Assembly: GCA_949291455.1 (NCBI GenBank)
Contig: CASEVQ010000001.1
Coordinates: 1,703 to 65,702, forward strand
Source of the DNA: an uncultured bacterium
GTDB taxonomy: Bacteria > Bacillota_I > Bacilli_A > RF39 > UBA660
DNA: 64,000 nucleotides
Reading direction: 5' to 3'
Of the stretch, positions 24,886 through 35,180 are shown piece after piece (the first letter of the stretch is position 1; every line of letters starts with the position of its first letter). A model generated the notes under the pieces. That model was not told where the DNA came from. It saw nothing but the letters and a program-made list of their open reading frames with translations, and did no database searches. The position numbers and the translations under genes were made by a program.

Positions 24886-25026
24886 ATGTACGGATTTGAA
24901 TATGGTTATCCAATTTACTGGGGATGTCAAAACAATAGCAACTATAGTTGGCTATGGATTATAATCGTAGTATTTATTATAATATGCTTGTTTAAAAATT
25001 GTGACTCAAGAAATAATTGTCATTAA
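24886..25026 (+). CDS. small hydrophobic Cys-rich peptide (YjcZ-like sporulation peptide?)
   Basis: Not in the ORF track. MYGFEYGYPIYWGCQNNSNYSWLWIIIVVFIIICLFKNCDSRNNCH, with RBS GAAAGGAG 7 nt upstream and a terminator directly downstream. Confidence 0.5.
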   Translation: MYGFEYGYPIYWGCQNNSNYSWLWIIIVVFIIICLFKNCDSRNNCH

Positions 25027-25027
25027 C

Positions 25028-25051
25028 AAAAAGGCTTATAGAGCCTTTTTT
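25028..25051 (+). terminator. rho-independent terminator
   Basis: Stem AAAGGCT/AGCCTTT followed by TTTT. Confidence 0.6.
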
Positions 25052-25057
25052 AAATAT

Positions 25058-25081
25058 AAAAAAAAACCCAAATAATTGGGT
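25058..25081 (-). terminator. rho-independent terminator after rpsI
   Basis: Stem ACCCAA/TTGGGT followed, on the minus strand, by T8. Confidence 0.7.
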
Positions 25082-25092
25082 AAAACAAACAA

Positions 25093-25518
25093 TTAACGTT
25101 TTGAAAATTGTGGTGCACGTCTTGCCTTCTTTAAACCTGGTTTCTTACGTTCTTTAATTCTAGAATCCCTAGTAATAAGTCCATTAGCCTTTAGCAACTT
25201 TCTATAACTATTCTCACTATCTTTTGGAGTTGTAGAATCATATTCTAATAAAGCCTTAGCTATTCCTAAACGAATTGCGCCAGTTTGACCTGAAAAACCT
25301 CCACCAAAAACATCAACATCAACATCGAAAATATCTTTTGTATTAGTTAGCTCAAGAGGTTGTGACAAATTCATAATTAAAGTCTCATAAGGTAGATATT
25401 CATGTACATCTCTTCCATTTACTGTAATTTTACCAGTACCAGAAAATAATCTAACTTTTGCAATACTTGATTTTCTTCTACCAGTTCCATAATAAATGTT
25501 TTTTTCTTTTTTTGCCAT
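25093..25518 (-). CDS. rpsI: 30S ribosomal protein S9
   Basis: [19 protein letters not shown] and the C-terminal RAPQFSKR. Follows rplM. Confidence 0.95.
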   Translation of the reverse strand: MAKKEKNIYYGTGRRKSSIAKVRLFSGTGKITVNGRDVHEYLPYETLIMNLSQPLELTNTKDIFDVDVDVFGGGFSGQTGAIRLGIAKALLEYDSTTPKDSENSYRKLLKANGLITRDSRIKERKKPGLKKARRAPQFSKR

Positions 25519-25530
25519 TATTTATACCTC

Positions 25531-25962
25531 CTATTTAACTTCTATTTTTTCTGGCATTTGAGCCATATGTGGATGCTCACTACCAGCATACACAAACAAT
25601 TTCTTATACATCTGACGACCTAATCTAGTATGAGGTAACATACCTTTAACAGCTCTTTCTACCATTTCAACTGGATATTGTTCTTTCATAACTTTAGCAG
25701 TTCTAACTCGTAATCCACCTGGATACATTGAATGATTGTAATATTTCTTATCTTCAAGCTTATTTCCAGTTAAAATAACCTTATCAGCATTAATAATAAT
25801 AATATTATCACCACAGTCAATATGTGGAGTATAAGTTGCTTTATGCTTTCCACGTAACATATGAGCAGCTTTTGCAGCTACACGTCCAAGAACAGCATCT
25901 TGTGCATCAATAACATACCACTTACGTTCAATTGTTTCTTTTTTTTGCATATAACTTGTCAT
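25531..25962 (-). CDS. rplM: 50S ribosomal protein L13
   Basis: KWYVIDAQDAVLGRVAAKAAHMLRGKHKATYTPHIDCGD. Confidence 0.95.
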   Translation of the reverse strand: MTSYMQKKETIERKWYVIDAQDAVLGRVAAKAAHMLRGKHKATYTPHIDCGDNIIIINADKVILTGNKLEDKKYYNHSMYPGGLRVRTAKVMKEQYPVEMVERAVKGMLPHTRLGRQMYKKLFVYAGSEHPHMAQMPEKIEVK

Positions 25963-26064
25963 AAATTTCTCCTTTTACTTAAGTTTAACCTTCCCAAAGC
26001 CAAACCTATGTGGGGATTTAAATGTACCGATTAAAATTATACTAAAAGGTATATAAAAAGTCAA
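25963..26064 (-). promoter_or_regulatory. rplM promoter plus ~70-nt leader (possible L13 leader)
   Basis: On the minus strand: TTGACT (26064-26059), a 17-nt spacer, then TATAAT (26041-26036). The leader contains GC-richer hairpin-forming sequence CCCCACATAGGTTTGGCTTTGGGAAGG ahead of the RBS AAAGGAG. Confidence 0.55.
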
Positions 26065-26099
26065 CAAATATAAACTAATTTTACTATATTTAATCTATA

Positions 26100-26846
26100 T
26101 TAATTAAAATATTCAATATCTACTAAATATAGTCCCTCTGGTTTTATAGTAGTAATATATTTCTTTAATGTATTATCTAAAAAAACATTTTTAATAAAAT
26201 CTACATTAAGTTTCCCATTACCTATTTTTACAAGTGTACCAACCATATTTCTAACTTGATATTTCATAAAACCAGTTGCAGTAAAACTAAAAACTATTTT
26301 ATTATTATCAACATCTATAGATGCGCCATAAATTTCTCTAACATAGTTTTCTTTAACAACAGAATCAGAAACAAAACATTTAAAATCATGAACACCAATG
26401 AAATCTTTAATAGCTAATTTCATTTTATCAACGTCTAATTTTTTACAATATTGATATACATAGTTTCTTTCTATAGGATTATACTCACCACAATTAATAA
26501 CATATTTATAAGTTTTATATTTAACCATATAACGAGCATGAAAATTACTATCTACTTGAATAACTTTAAAAACATGAATATCAGGAGGTAATAAACTATT
26601 TAAAGCACATTTCAATTTATATAAAGTAATATTGATATTTAAATCAAAATGTGCACATTGACAAAAAGCATGAACACCATGATCAGTTCTTCCAGCACCA
26701 GTAACTTTTGTTTTTGTATAATTATTAATACTATATAAAGCATCTTCGAGCATATTTTCAACACATCTTTTATTTGGTTGTTTTTGAAAACCATTAAAAT
26801 TACTACCATCATAAGAAAAATAAATTAAATAACGCAAAAACATCAC
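26100..26846 (-). CDS. truA: tRNA pseudouridine(38-40) synthase
   Basis: GAGRTDHGVHA catalytic motif and the classic ecf-truA-rplM-rpsI position. Confidence 0.9.
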   Translation of the reverse strand: MMFLRYLIYFSYDGSNFNGFQKQPNKRCVENMLEDALYSINNYTKTKVTGAGRTDHGVHAFCQCAHFDLNINITLYKLKCALNSLLPPDIHVFKVIQVDSNFHARYMVKYKTYKYVINCGEYNPIERNYVYQYCKKLDVDKMKLAIKDFIGVHDFKCFVSDSVVKENYVREIYGASIDVDNNKIVFSFTATGFMKYQVRNMVGTLVKIGNGKLNVDFIKNVFLDNTLKKYITTIKPEGLYLVDIEYFN

Positions 26847-27434
26847 CTACCATAAACAAACACAAAGAATAACAAAAAATATAAACACTATTAAAAAAAC
26901 AAAATCATATATTCCTATTTTTCTTTCCATATAATTACCTAGTTTATTACTATAACCATAAAATCTAATTCTACTACAAAGATATAAAAAGTTCATATCT
27001 CTTTTTACTTTATTATCTATATTAACATTTTCAGCATATGTTTTTAATGCTTTTTCTTTATTAAAACTCTTTATTTTATCAATATTATATTTATAAAATA
27101 ATTTTTTACGATATTTTTTCCTAAGTTTATATAATAATTTAAACTTCATAAATTTTTTTTCTTTTTTAGTAAAAGAACAGAAAAATAAAACTAAAATATT
27201 TATAATACAAATTAATTTTAACAACATTCTTATTTTAGAAGTATAAAAACAAAACAAAAGAATTAAAACTATTAAAAAATTTAAAAGTAAAGACTTAATA
27301 TTTCTATCAACAATTGAAATTAATAACAAATAAAATAATAACAACCAAAATAAATAATAATTATTTATAAAAAAAGTTATTACAATAAGAATTGTTGTTA
27401 TTAAAGCTCTAATTTTCCAATTTACACTATACAT
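26847..27434 (-). CDS. polytopic membrane protein in the EcfT position (highly divergent)
   Basis: 195-codon, very hydrophobic/basic ORF between the ABC ATPase-like genes and truA. The call rests on position only. Confidence 0.35.
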   Translation of the reverse strand: MYSVNWKIRALITTILIVITFFINNYYLFWLLLFYLLLISIVDRNIKSLLLNFLIVLILLFCFYTSKIRMLLKLICIINILVLFFCSFTKKEKKFMKFKLLYKLRKKYRKKLFYKYNIDKIKSFNKEKALKTYAENVNIDNKVKRDMNFLYLCSRIRFYGYSNKLGNYMERKIGIYDFVFLIVFIFFVILCVCLW

Positions 27435-28116
27435 GTTTATAAATATCCTTTATTATATCTCTTACATCTTTACTATAAAATAATTTAACATTTTTATCTT
27501 TTAGAGCTTTATATGTAATTTTAGATAGAATTGGTACTTCTAACTTAAACTTTAATAGTTTTTCAACATCGGAATATAAATCATCTGTTTTAGAATATTC
27601 AAAATTATTTTTATTCCATAATACTGAATAATCCGCAAGTTTATACAAAACATTTACATCATTGCTAGTTATAAGAATAATATATTTTTTATCTTTTAAA
27701 TATAAAAGTAAATTTTTAATTTTTTTCTGATTAGCATAATCCAAATAATTATAAACATCATAAAATAAAATTTTTTTATTATCCAAAGATAAATTTCTAA
27801 TTATATTTAAATATATTTTTTCAGTGTACGATAAATTTTCAATTTTTTTATTAAAAAAACTATCATCTAATCCTAAAATATTAAGAACATCATTAATTAA
27901 ACTTAAATTATAAATTTTATTATATAAATTTATCTCTTCATATACATTTTCACCTACAAAATACATTTGACTATTATTAATATTAATAAATTTATAATCA
28001 TTTAATAAGTTATTAACAATAGCATTAAGGTTACTCATTTGTAAAGATATAATAGTGCCTTCTTCAACATTAATTTTCTTTTTACAATTATAATTATTTC
28101 GCAAAATTATTTCCAT
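27427..28116 (-). CDS. degenerate ABC ATPase-like protein (EcfA' position) lacking Walker A
   Basis: ABC-fold remnants LSYTEKIYL (signature position), KILFYDV (Walker B position) and ILITSND (H-loop position). No GK[ST] P-loop. Confidence 0.55.
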   Translation of the reverse strand: MEIILRNNYNCKKKINVEEGTIISLQMSNLNAIVNNLLNDYKFININNSQMYFVGENVYEEINLYNKIYNLSLINDVLNILGLDDSFFNKKIENLSYTEKIYLNIIRNLSLDNKKILFYDVYNYLDYANQKKIKNLLLYLKDKKYIILITSNDVNVLYKLADYSVLWNKNNFEYSKTDDLYSDVEKLLKFKLEVPILSKITYKALKDKNVKLFYSKDVRDIIKDIYKHV

Positions 28117-28919
28117 AATTTATCAACCATCCCCTCAACATCATAATATATATCGTCTAATAAATTATAAAATTGTAGTTTTAAAGATAAATCTATCATA
28201 ATAGGTATTTCAATTCCTGATTTACTTAACTCATTATCTCTTTTTATAATATCATTATAATTTCCTTGCATAACAATTTTTCCATTTCCTAAAACAATAA
28301 TGTTTTCCAAATCGATTATTAAAGAAATTTGCGATGTAGTAAAAACTATAGAAATATTATAATTGTTTTTTATATTATTTAAAATATTCAAAATTTTCTT
28401 TTGTTCTTTAATATTTATAAATCTAAAAGGATCATCTAAAAATAATATTTTAGGAAAATGAATAATACTAGTAGCAATTAAAACCTTTATTTTTTCATAA
28501 TTAGAAAGAACTTTTATTTTTTTATTTAATATGTTATCAATCTCACAGATATTAGAAACATCTTTAATATGCTTATTAATAATATTTTTTTTATATCCTA
28601 AATTAACAAGTGGAAATGTTATTTCTTCTTTAACATTATCTGTAATAAACTGATAATCTAAATCCTCTAAAACAACACCTATATTACGAATATACTTTTT
28701 AAAATTTCTTCTAGTTAATTTTACGTTATTTAGCACTATATTTCCATCTAATCCATAAATAATACCACTTAATGTTCTAATTAATGTACTTTTACCACCA
28801 TTATTTGGACATAATATTGCAGTAATTGTATTTTCAGCAATATTAAAAGACAAATCTTTATAAATAATTAAATCTTTATAACCAATTGATAAATTATTTA
28901 AAATTAATAAATTATTCAT
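28107..28919 (-). CDS. divergent ABC ATPase (EcfA position)
   Basis: P-loop CPNNGGKST, signature position LSNYEK, Walker B ILFLDDP (Asp in place of the catalytic Glu), and H-loop position FTTSQ. Confidence 0.6.
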   Translation of the reverse strand: MNNLLILNNLSIGYKDLIIYKDLSFNIAENTITAILCPNNGGKSTLIRTLSGIIYGLDGNIVLNNVKLTRRNFKKYIRNIGVVLEDLDYQFITDNVKEEITFPLVNLGYKKNIINKHIKDVSNICEIDNILNKKIKVLSNYEKIKVLIATSIIHFPKILFLDDPFRFINIKEQKKILNILNNIKNNYNISIVFTTSQISLIIDLENIIVLGNGKIVMQGNYNDIIKRDNELSKSGIEIPIMIDLSLKLQFYNLLDDIYYDVEGMVDKLWK

Positions 28920-28974
28920 ACAATCACTCTTTCATTAATGTTTATTATATCTTATTTTTAAAAAAAAGAAAGAA

Positions 28975-29730
28975 TTATTTTTTTTCTTTCTTTTTTTGAA
29001 ATTTATAAACTATTTTTAAGGCAAACTTTAACGAAATAAACCTGTTAAAAAATATTGCCATTTTCATTTTTAATCCAGGAATAATAATTAATTTATTTTT
29101 AAACATTTTATCTATTGCATATTTTGCAACATCATCACTATTAAGTGACTTCATAGCAAATTGGACATTAGCGACGTTATTAAAATTAGTATTAACAGGT
29201 CCAGGGCACAAGCAAGAAATATGAACATTAGATTTTTCTTTTCTCAATTCTTCATAAATAGCAAGACTTAATTTAGTTACATATGATTTAGTTGCATAAT
29301 AAGTAGCCATCAAAGGTCCTGCTTGAAAACTAGCTGCACTTGATACATTTAAAATATAACCACTATTTCTTTTTCTCATATCTTTTAAAAATAATTTAGT
29401 CAATACATGAACAGCTTTTATATTTACATCAATCATTTCTAATTCCTTGTTTAAATCAGTATCAGAAAAATCGCCAAATAAACCAAAACCTGCATTATTT
29501 ATAAGTATATCAATATTATCATTCTTACATAAAACATAAATCTCTTTCAATTTAGCTTCATTTGTCAAATCTGCAACTACTATTTTTACTTCAGTTGGTA
29601 ATTCTTTTTGAATTTTTTGCAACTTTTCTTTGTCGCGAGAGACTAAAATTAAATCATAGCCAAGACTACTCAAATATTTAGCCATACTATAACCAATCCC
29701 AGAAGAACCACCAGTTATCAATGCTTTCAT
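28975..29730 (-). CDS. SDR-family oxidoreductase
   Basis: TGGSSGIG cofactor motif, NNAG, and S...YxxxK (YYATKSY). Confidence 0.85.
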   Translation of the reverse strand: MKALITGGSSGIGYSMAKYLSSLGYDLILVSRDKEKLQKIQKELPTEVKIVVADLTNEAKLKEIYVLCKNDNIDILINNAGFGLFGDFSDTDLNKELEMIDVNIKAVHVLTKLFLKDMRKRNSGYILNVSSAASFQAGPLMATYYATKSYVTKLSLAIYEELRKEKSNVHISCLCPGPVNTNFNNVANVQFAMKSLNSDDVAKYAIDKMFKNKLIIIPGLKMKMAIFFNRFISLKFALKIVYKFQKKKEKK

Positions 29731-29775
29731 AATATCAACTCCAAATTTATTATATCATAAAACAAAAAAAAAGAC

Positions 29776-31188
29776 TTAAAATAATAAGCCTTTTCCAATA
29801 TCATTTATATTTTCTTCTAAATCTGGTACATTATAATCTAATAAATTTCCAAAAATTTTATTAAACACTTCTAACTCTGCATCAGTCATTTGTAAGATAT
29901 CAGCGCTATTAGAAACATCAATATTAGGAACTTCCTCACCGATTACAAGTTTGTTAACTGAATTAATATTAACTGTTTCATCTGTTGATAAATCAAGTAT
30001 CAAATTTATATTATATTCTTTATTTTTAACAACCTCTTCCATCAACAAATCCAAATTTAAAAATTCGATTGTTCCATTTGAAGATGATAATTCTTCATCT
30101 TCCTCAACTCCAGGCATTGTTCCATTAAGTACAAGATTAAACTTCGAACTAGAAGATTCAAGTGTACCATCAAAATAGATTGAATTTAGTATATTCATAG
30201 AAATATCAGATTTTACATCACTAGTTCCTAAAATTTGCAAACTAAATACCTTAATTCCCATTGCAGATAAATAAATTTCGAAATTATTGTAACCATCTTT
30301 ATTTTCATAAGAATTAATAGTAAAACGTAAAGTAATAGTGTTTTCTTCTGATGGAATAGTAATTGCTACTTCATTTGATATTACATCTTTTCCATCTAAA
30401 TACATAACATATGATACAAAAGTATCAGTATCATCAGAATTTTCTAATAACTCATCTAATGATGAAATATAACCATCTAAACTATTTCCACTCATTACAG
30501 CAGTAAACATTTCAGATAGATAATCATATAATTCTTTATTAGCCTTTATTTTATCAGAAACTGATTTTAAAATACTAATTACATCTTTTTGTGTAAAGTT
30601 AACAGTATATTTTTTAGTACTGAAATCATCATCACCTAAAGTAATCTTTTTATCTTCTAAAGTTAAATTATCATCATCAACATGTTCAATAACTGCTTCT
30701 TCAAAATAATCAAAAATGACTGTAAAATTAACATCCATTTCAATATCAGCATCATTAGATAAATTAACTTCTGTATAATAATACTTTGAATAAACATCTT
30801 TAACCATATGATAAAGTTTAGAATCTTTTAAAATAGCTTCAATGGAATACTTTTCAAGGTTAGATGCAATATCAAAAGTTGTATATAATTTTTCAGCAGA
30901 ACTATCTAAATAGAAATCTCCTTTAATACTTGCTGTATCTAAATTTGATTCCATAGAAGTATCAGTTGTTAGCTTAAGTTTTAAATCCTCTTTTAAATTT
31001 GATATATTTCCTAAACTTAAAACATTATCCTTTCCTACATTTCTTATATTGCTAAAATTTTTCTTAAATGACTCAACAAATATTTCCTTATCACTAGGTT
31101 TTAACACAAAAACCATACCAATTGATATAAAAGCTATACCTATAACAACGCACAATACAATTAAAATATTTTTTACTTTCTTACTCAT
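29776..31188 (-). CDS. hypothetical membrane-anchored extracytoplasmic protein
   Basis: 470-codon ORF with a single N-terminal TM helix and an acidic Asp/Ser/Asn-rich body. Confidence 0.6.
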   Translation of the reverse strand: MSKKVKNILIVLCVVIGIAFISIGMVFVLKPSDKEIFVESFKKNFSNIRNVGKDNVLSLGNISNLKEDLKLKLTTDTSMESNLDTASIKGDFYLDSSAEKLYTTFDIASNLEKYSIEAILKDSKLYHMVKDVYSKYYYTEVNLSNDADIEMDVNFTVIFDYFEEAVIEHVDDDNLTLEDKKITLGDDDFSTKKYTVNFTQKDVISILKSVSDKIKANKELYDYLSEMFTAVMSGNSLDGYISSLDELLENSDDTDTFVSYVMYLDGKDVISNEVAITIPSEENTITLRFTINSYENKDGYNNFEIYLSAMGIKVFSLQILGTSDVKSDISMNILNSIYFDGTLESSSSKFNLVLNGTMPGVEEDEELSSSNGTIEFLNLDLLMEEVVKNKEYNINLILDLSTDETVNINSVNKLVIGEEVPNIDVSNSADILQMTDAELEVFNKIFGNLLDYNVPDLEENINDIGKGLLF

Positions 31189-31253
31189 AACAATCTCCTC
31201 TACTATATAAAATAGTATATTACAATTGTCTAAAATAGTCTACAAAAATTAAA

Positions 31254-31281
31254 AAATATTTACCTATTACAGTAAATATTT
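31254..31281 (-). terminator. rho-independent terminator after rplQ
   Basis: 10-bp stem AAATATTTAC/GTAAATATTT. The minus-strand T-tract is supplied by the plus-strand A-run at 31245-31253. Confidence 0.65.
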
Positions 31282-31287
31282 TTTAAA

Positions 31288-31629
31288 TTATACTAATTCA
31301 ATAACAGCAAGTAAAGCGTTATCCCCACGTCTTTCATCTAATTTTAATATTCTAGTATAACCACCATTTCTAGTAGCATATTTTACAGCTAATTCATCGA
31401 ATATTTTCTTAACAACTTCATTATCATTATGAAGAAACGCTAAAGCGTTACGTCTAGAAACTAAGCTACCATCTTTTCCATAAGTAATCATTTTATCAAC
31501 AAATTTACGAACTTCTTTAGCTCTTGTTTCTGTTGTAATAACTTTCCCATTCATAATAACGTCTTTAACTAAATTAGCAAGCATACTTCTTCTATGTTTA
31601 TTATCAACACCTAATTTTCTATATGACAT
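31288..31629 (-). CDS. rplQ: 50S ribosomal protein L17
   Basis: MSYRKLG..HRRSMLANL and GGYTRILKL. Confidence 0.95.
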   Translation of the reverse strand: MSYRKLGVDNKHRRSMLANLVKDVIMNGKVITTETRAKEVRKFVDKMITYGKDGSLVSRRNALAFLHNDNEVVKKIFDELAVKYATRNGGYTRILKLDERRGDNALLAVIELV

Positions 31630-31643
31630 AATTTCCCTCCTTA

Positions 31644-32594
31644 CTAATCATCATTACGTAAAATTAAACCTAAATCCCTTACTTTATCTAATACTTCTTT
31701 TAAAGATTTCTTTCCTAAATTACGTATTTTCATCATATCATTCTCACTCTTATTTACTAAGTCTTGTAATGTATGAATATTTGCTCTTTTTAAGCAATTA
31801 TATGCTCTAACAGAAAAATCTAAATCTTCAATTGTAGTTTCTAATGCTTTAACTTTTGGATCTTCAGTTTTTTCTATCATCATTCCAGTCATATCAGCAA
31901 TATTACTTAAATTAGTAAGAATACTGAAATGTTCAATCAAAATTCTAGAAGCTAAAGCTATCGCTTCCTCAGGTTTTATTGAACCTTTTGTCCAAACATT
32001 AAGAATTAATTTATCATAACTTTCATCTTGTCCAACACGAGCACTTTCAACATCATAAGAAATTCTCTCTACTGGAGAAAAAATAGAATCAATTGCAATA
32101 ACTCCTACTTTTTTAATATCTAAAAGTCTTTTATTATCCTCGCTTCTTACATATCCTCTACCATTGGATACTGTCATCTCCATAACTAATTTTCCACCCT
32201 TAGCAACATTTGCAATTACTAAACTTGGATTAATTATTTCAATATCAGCATCATGCTCAATATCACCTGCTGTAACTGGACCTTCTTCAGTAGCATTAAT
32301 TCTAATTGTTTTCATTTCTTTCGCATGATTTTTAATAACTACTTGTTTTAAATTTAAAATAATTGTAGTAACATCTTCAACTACACCATCAATAGTTTGA
32401 AATTCATGCAAAACTCCATCAATTTTAACACTACTAATTGCACTTCCTGGAAGACTTGATAACATAACACGCCTTAACGCATTACCTAAAGTTGTACCAA
32501 AACCCCTTTCAAGTGGTTCTATTTCAAACTTACCATAAAAATTACTTTCTACATAATCAGTTATTTTATAATTTGGTTTTTCAAATTCTATCAT
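31644..32594 (-). CDS. rpoA: DNA-directed RNA polymerase subunit alpha
   Basis: FGTTLGNALRRVMLSSLPG in the NTD and LDFSVRAYNCLKRANI in the CTD. Confidence 0.95.
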   Translation of the reverse strand: MIEFEKPNYKITDYVESNFYGKFEIEPLERGFGTTLGNALRRVMLSSLPGSAISSVKIDGVLHEFQTIDGVVEDVTTIILNLKQVVIKNHAKEMKTIRINATEEGPVTAGDIEHDADIEIINPSLVIANVAKGGKLVMEMTVSNGRGYVRSEDNKRLLDIKKVGVIAIDSIFSPVERISYDVESARVGQDESYDKLILNVWTKGSIKPEEAIALASRILIEHFSILTNLSNIADMTGMMIEKTEDPKVKALETTIEDLDFSVRAYNCLKRANIHTLQDLVNKSENDMMKIRNLGKKSLKEVLDKVRDLGLILRNDD

Positions 32595-32624
32595 GAAATT
32601 ACCTCCTTTTTTATTAACAACAAA

Positions 32625-33008
32625 TTATCCACGTGGACGTTTTGGTGGACGACATCCATTATGTGGAATTGGTGTTACATCAGTAATTGAAGTTATTTCC
32701 AAACCTGCTGTTTGAAGTGATCTAATAGCAGTTTCTCTTCCTGGTCCTAACCCCTTAACATTTACTTCAATCTTTCTCATACCAAGTTCATAAGCAGCTT
32801 TTCCAGCAGCTTCTGCAGCCATACCAGCGGCAAATGGAGTTGATTTTTTACTTCCCTTAAAACCTAAAGCACCACTACTAGCCCAAGAAACAGCACGACC
32901 TTCTTTATCTGTTATAGTAGTAATTGTATTATTAAATGTTGAATGAATATGAGCTACACCTTCAGGAACATTTTTCTTGACTTTTTTCTTTCTTGTCTTA
33001 TAAGCCAT
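32625..33008 (-). CDS. rpsK: 30S ribosomal protein S11
   Basis: [18 protein letters not shown] and [13 protein letters not shown]. Confidence 0.95.
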   Translation of the reverse strand: MAYKTRKKKVKKNVPEGVAHIHSTFNNTITTITDKEGRAVSWASSGALGFKGSKKSTPFAAGMAAEAAGKAAYELGMRKIEVNVKGLGPGRETAIRSLQTAGLEITSITDVTPIPHNGCRPPKRPRG

Positions 33009-33040
33009 GTTTTTTTCCTCCTTTTAACATATATTAATTA

Positions 33041-33406
33041 TTATTTCTTTTTATTAGCAATAGTTTTACCTTTTCCTTTACGAGTTCTAGCATTACTTCT
33101 AGTACTTTGACCTCTTACTGGTAAACCTTTTTTATGACGAGTACCTTGATATGAATTAATTTCCATTTTAGTCTTGATGTTCATATTAACATCACGTCTT
33201 AAATCTCCCTCAACAACATATTTAGATACTTCATCACGTAATCTAGTTAATTCATCATTATCTAAATCTTTAACTCTTTTGCTACCTTCTACTTTTGCAT
33301 CAGTAACTATTTTTTTTGCTAAATTTCTACCTATTCCATAAATATAAGTTAGTGAAGTTTCAACTTGCTTATCATTAGGAATATCTACACCCTTAATTCG
33401 AGCCAT
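33041..33406 (-). CDS. rpsM: 30S ribosomal protein S13
   Basis: [26 protein letters not shown]. Confidence 0.95.
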   Translation of the reverse strand: MARIKGVDIPNDKQVETSLTYIYGIGRNLAKKIVTDAKVEGSKRVKDLDNDELTRLRDEVSKYVVEGDLRRDVNMNIKTKMEINSYQGTRHKKGLPVRGQSTRSNARTRKGKGKTIANKKK

Positions 33407-33424
33407 AAATTACACTCCTTTCTA

Positions 33425-33768
<344 letters not shown>

Positions 33769-33772
33769 CTTT

Positions 33773-34528
33773 TCACTCTCCTGTCAAAATTTGATATCCA
33801 TCTTTGGTAACTAAAACAGTATGCTCAAAATGAGCAGATGGACTATTATCATAACTTTCTATTGTCCAACCATCATCTAATATACAAATATCTGCATCGC
33901 CCATATTTAACATTGGCTCAACTGCAAATACCATTCCTTCTTTAATTAAAGCTCCTGTATGTGCTTTACCATAATTTGGAATATCAGGTTCTTCATGTAA
34001 ATTATGTCCTACACCATGTCCACAAAGTTCCTTAACAATTCCTAAATGATATTTTTCAGCAGTTTTTTGTACTGCACTAGAAATATCACCAATTCTATTA
34101 CCAGGTTTAACCATTTTTAAACCTTCATATAAAGCTTCCTCAGTATGCTTTAATAACTTATCAACTTCATCAGTTACGCTCCCTACTTTATATGTCCAAG
34201 CTGAATCGCCATGATAACCTTTATAACAAGCACAAATATCAATTGATATTATATCACCATTTTTTAGTTTCCTATTACTAGGAATACCATGAACTACTTC
34301 TTGATTTATACTAGTACATAAAGTTGCTGGAAAGCCATGGTATCCTTTACAAGAAGGAATAGCACCTTTACTTCTAATAAACTTCTCTGCAAGAGTGTCA
34401 AGCTCTTTAGTAGTTATTCCCTCTTTAATAAAAGGTTTCAAATATTGATGTGTCTGATAAACAATAGAACCAGCAATCTTTAATAATTCAATTTCTCGAT
34501 TGCTCTTAATATTAATCAATTTTATCAC
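33773..34528 (-). CDS. map: type I methionine aminopeptidase
   Basis: [34 protein letters not shown] and AVEPM metal-ligand blocks. Confidence 0.92.
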   Translation of the reverse strand: MIKLINIKSNREIELLKIAGSIVYQTHQYLKPFIKEGITTKELDTLAEKFIRSKGAIPSCKGYHGFPATLCTSINQEVVHGIPSNRKLKNGDIISIDICACYKGYHGDSAWTYKVGSVTDEVDKLLKHTEEALYEGLKMVKPGNRIGDISSAVQKTAEKYHLGIVKELCGHGVGHNLHEEPDIPNYGKAHTGALIKEGMVFAVEPMLNMGDADICILDDGWTIESYDNSPSAHFEHTVLVTKDGYQILTGE

Positions 34529-35180
34529 CTAGAGTTTTTAATATATTTTCAACAGACTTAATAGTTTCTTCAGAATCAGTAGAATCTACTTCATATAAAA
34601 TTCCTTTATTCTTGTAATAGTCAATAACTGGAGATGTAACTTTAAAATAAGTTTCAACTCTCGTTTTAAGAGCATCTGGATTATCATCTGCTCTTTGATA
34701 TAATTGACCACCACATTTATCACAAACATTATCGACTTTTGGTGTTAATTTTTCATTAAATATATTGTATATTGTTCCACAATTTTTACACATTCTTCTA
34801 CCAGTAATTCTTTTTAATAATAACTCTTCTGGTATAGTCATATTAATTACAATACCACCATCTATATTTAATCTTTCTACCATTGCATCATACATTTTAG
34901 CTTGTTCTAAATTTCTAGGACAACCATCCATAATATATGCTTTAGAATTGCCAATGTTTTTAATTTTATCTTCAATTGCTTTAAAAATCAAATCATCAGA
35001 AACAAATAAACCTTTATCAATTAGTTTTTTTATTTCTCTTCCAGTCTCATCATCAATTGAAGCTCTTTCACGTAAAATATCACCTGTTGATATATGAACA
35101 TAACCATATTTCTCATTAAGTGCTTTAGCTAAAGTTCCTTTACCCGCACCTTGTACTGCTAATAATATTAAATTTTTCAT
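34512..35180 (-). CDS. adk: adenylate kinase
   Basis: P-loop AVQGAGKGT and zinc lid CKNCG...CDKCGG. Confidence 0.93.
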   Translation of the reverse strand: MKNLILLAVQGAGKGTLAKALNEKYGYVHISTGDILRERASIDDETGREIKKLIDKGLFVSDDLIFKAIEDKIKNIGNSKAYIMDGCPRNLEQAKMYDAMVERLNIDGGIVINMTIPEELLLKRITGRRMCKNCGTIYNIFNEKLTPKVDNVCDKCGGQLYQRADDNPDALKTRVETYFKVTSPVIDYYKNKGILYEVDSTDSEETIKSVENILKTLGDKID

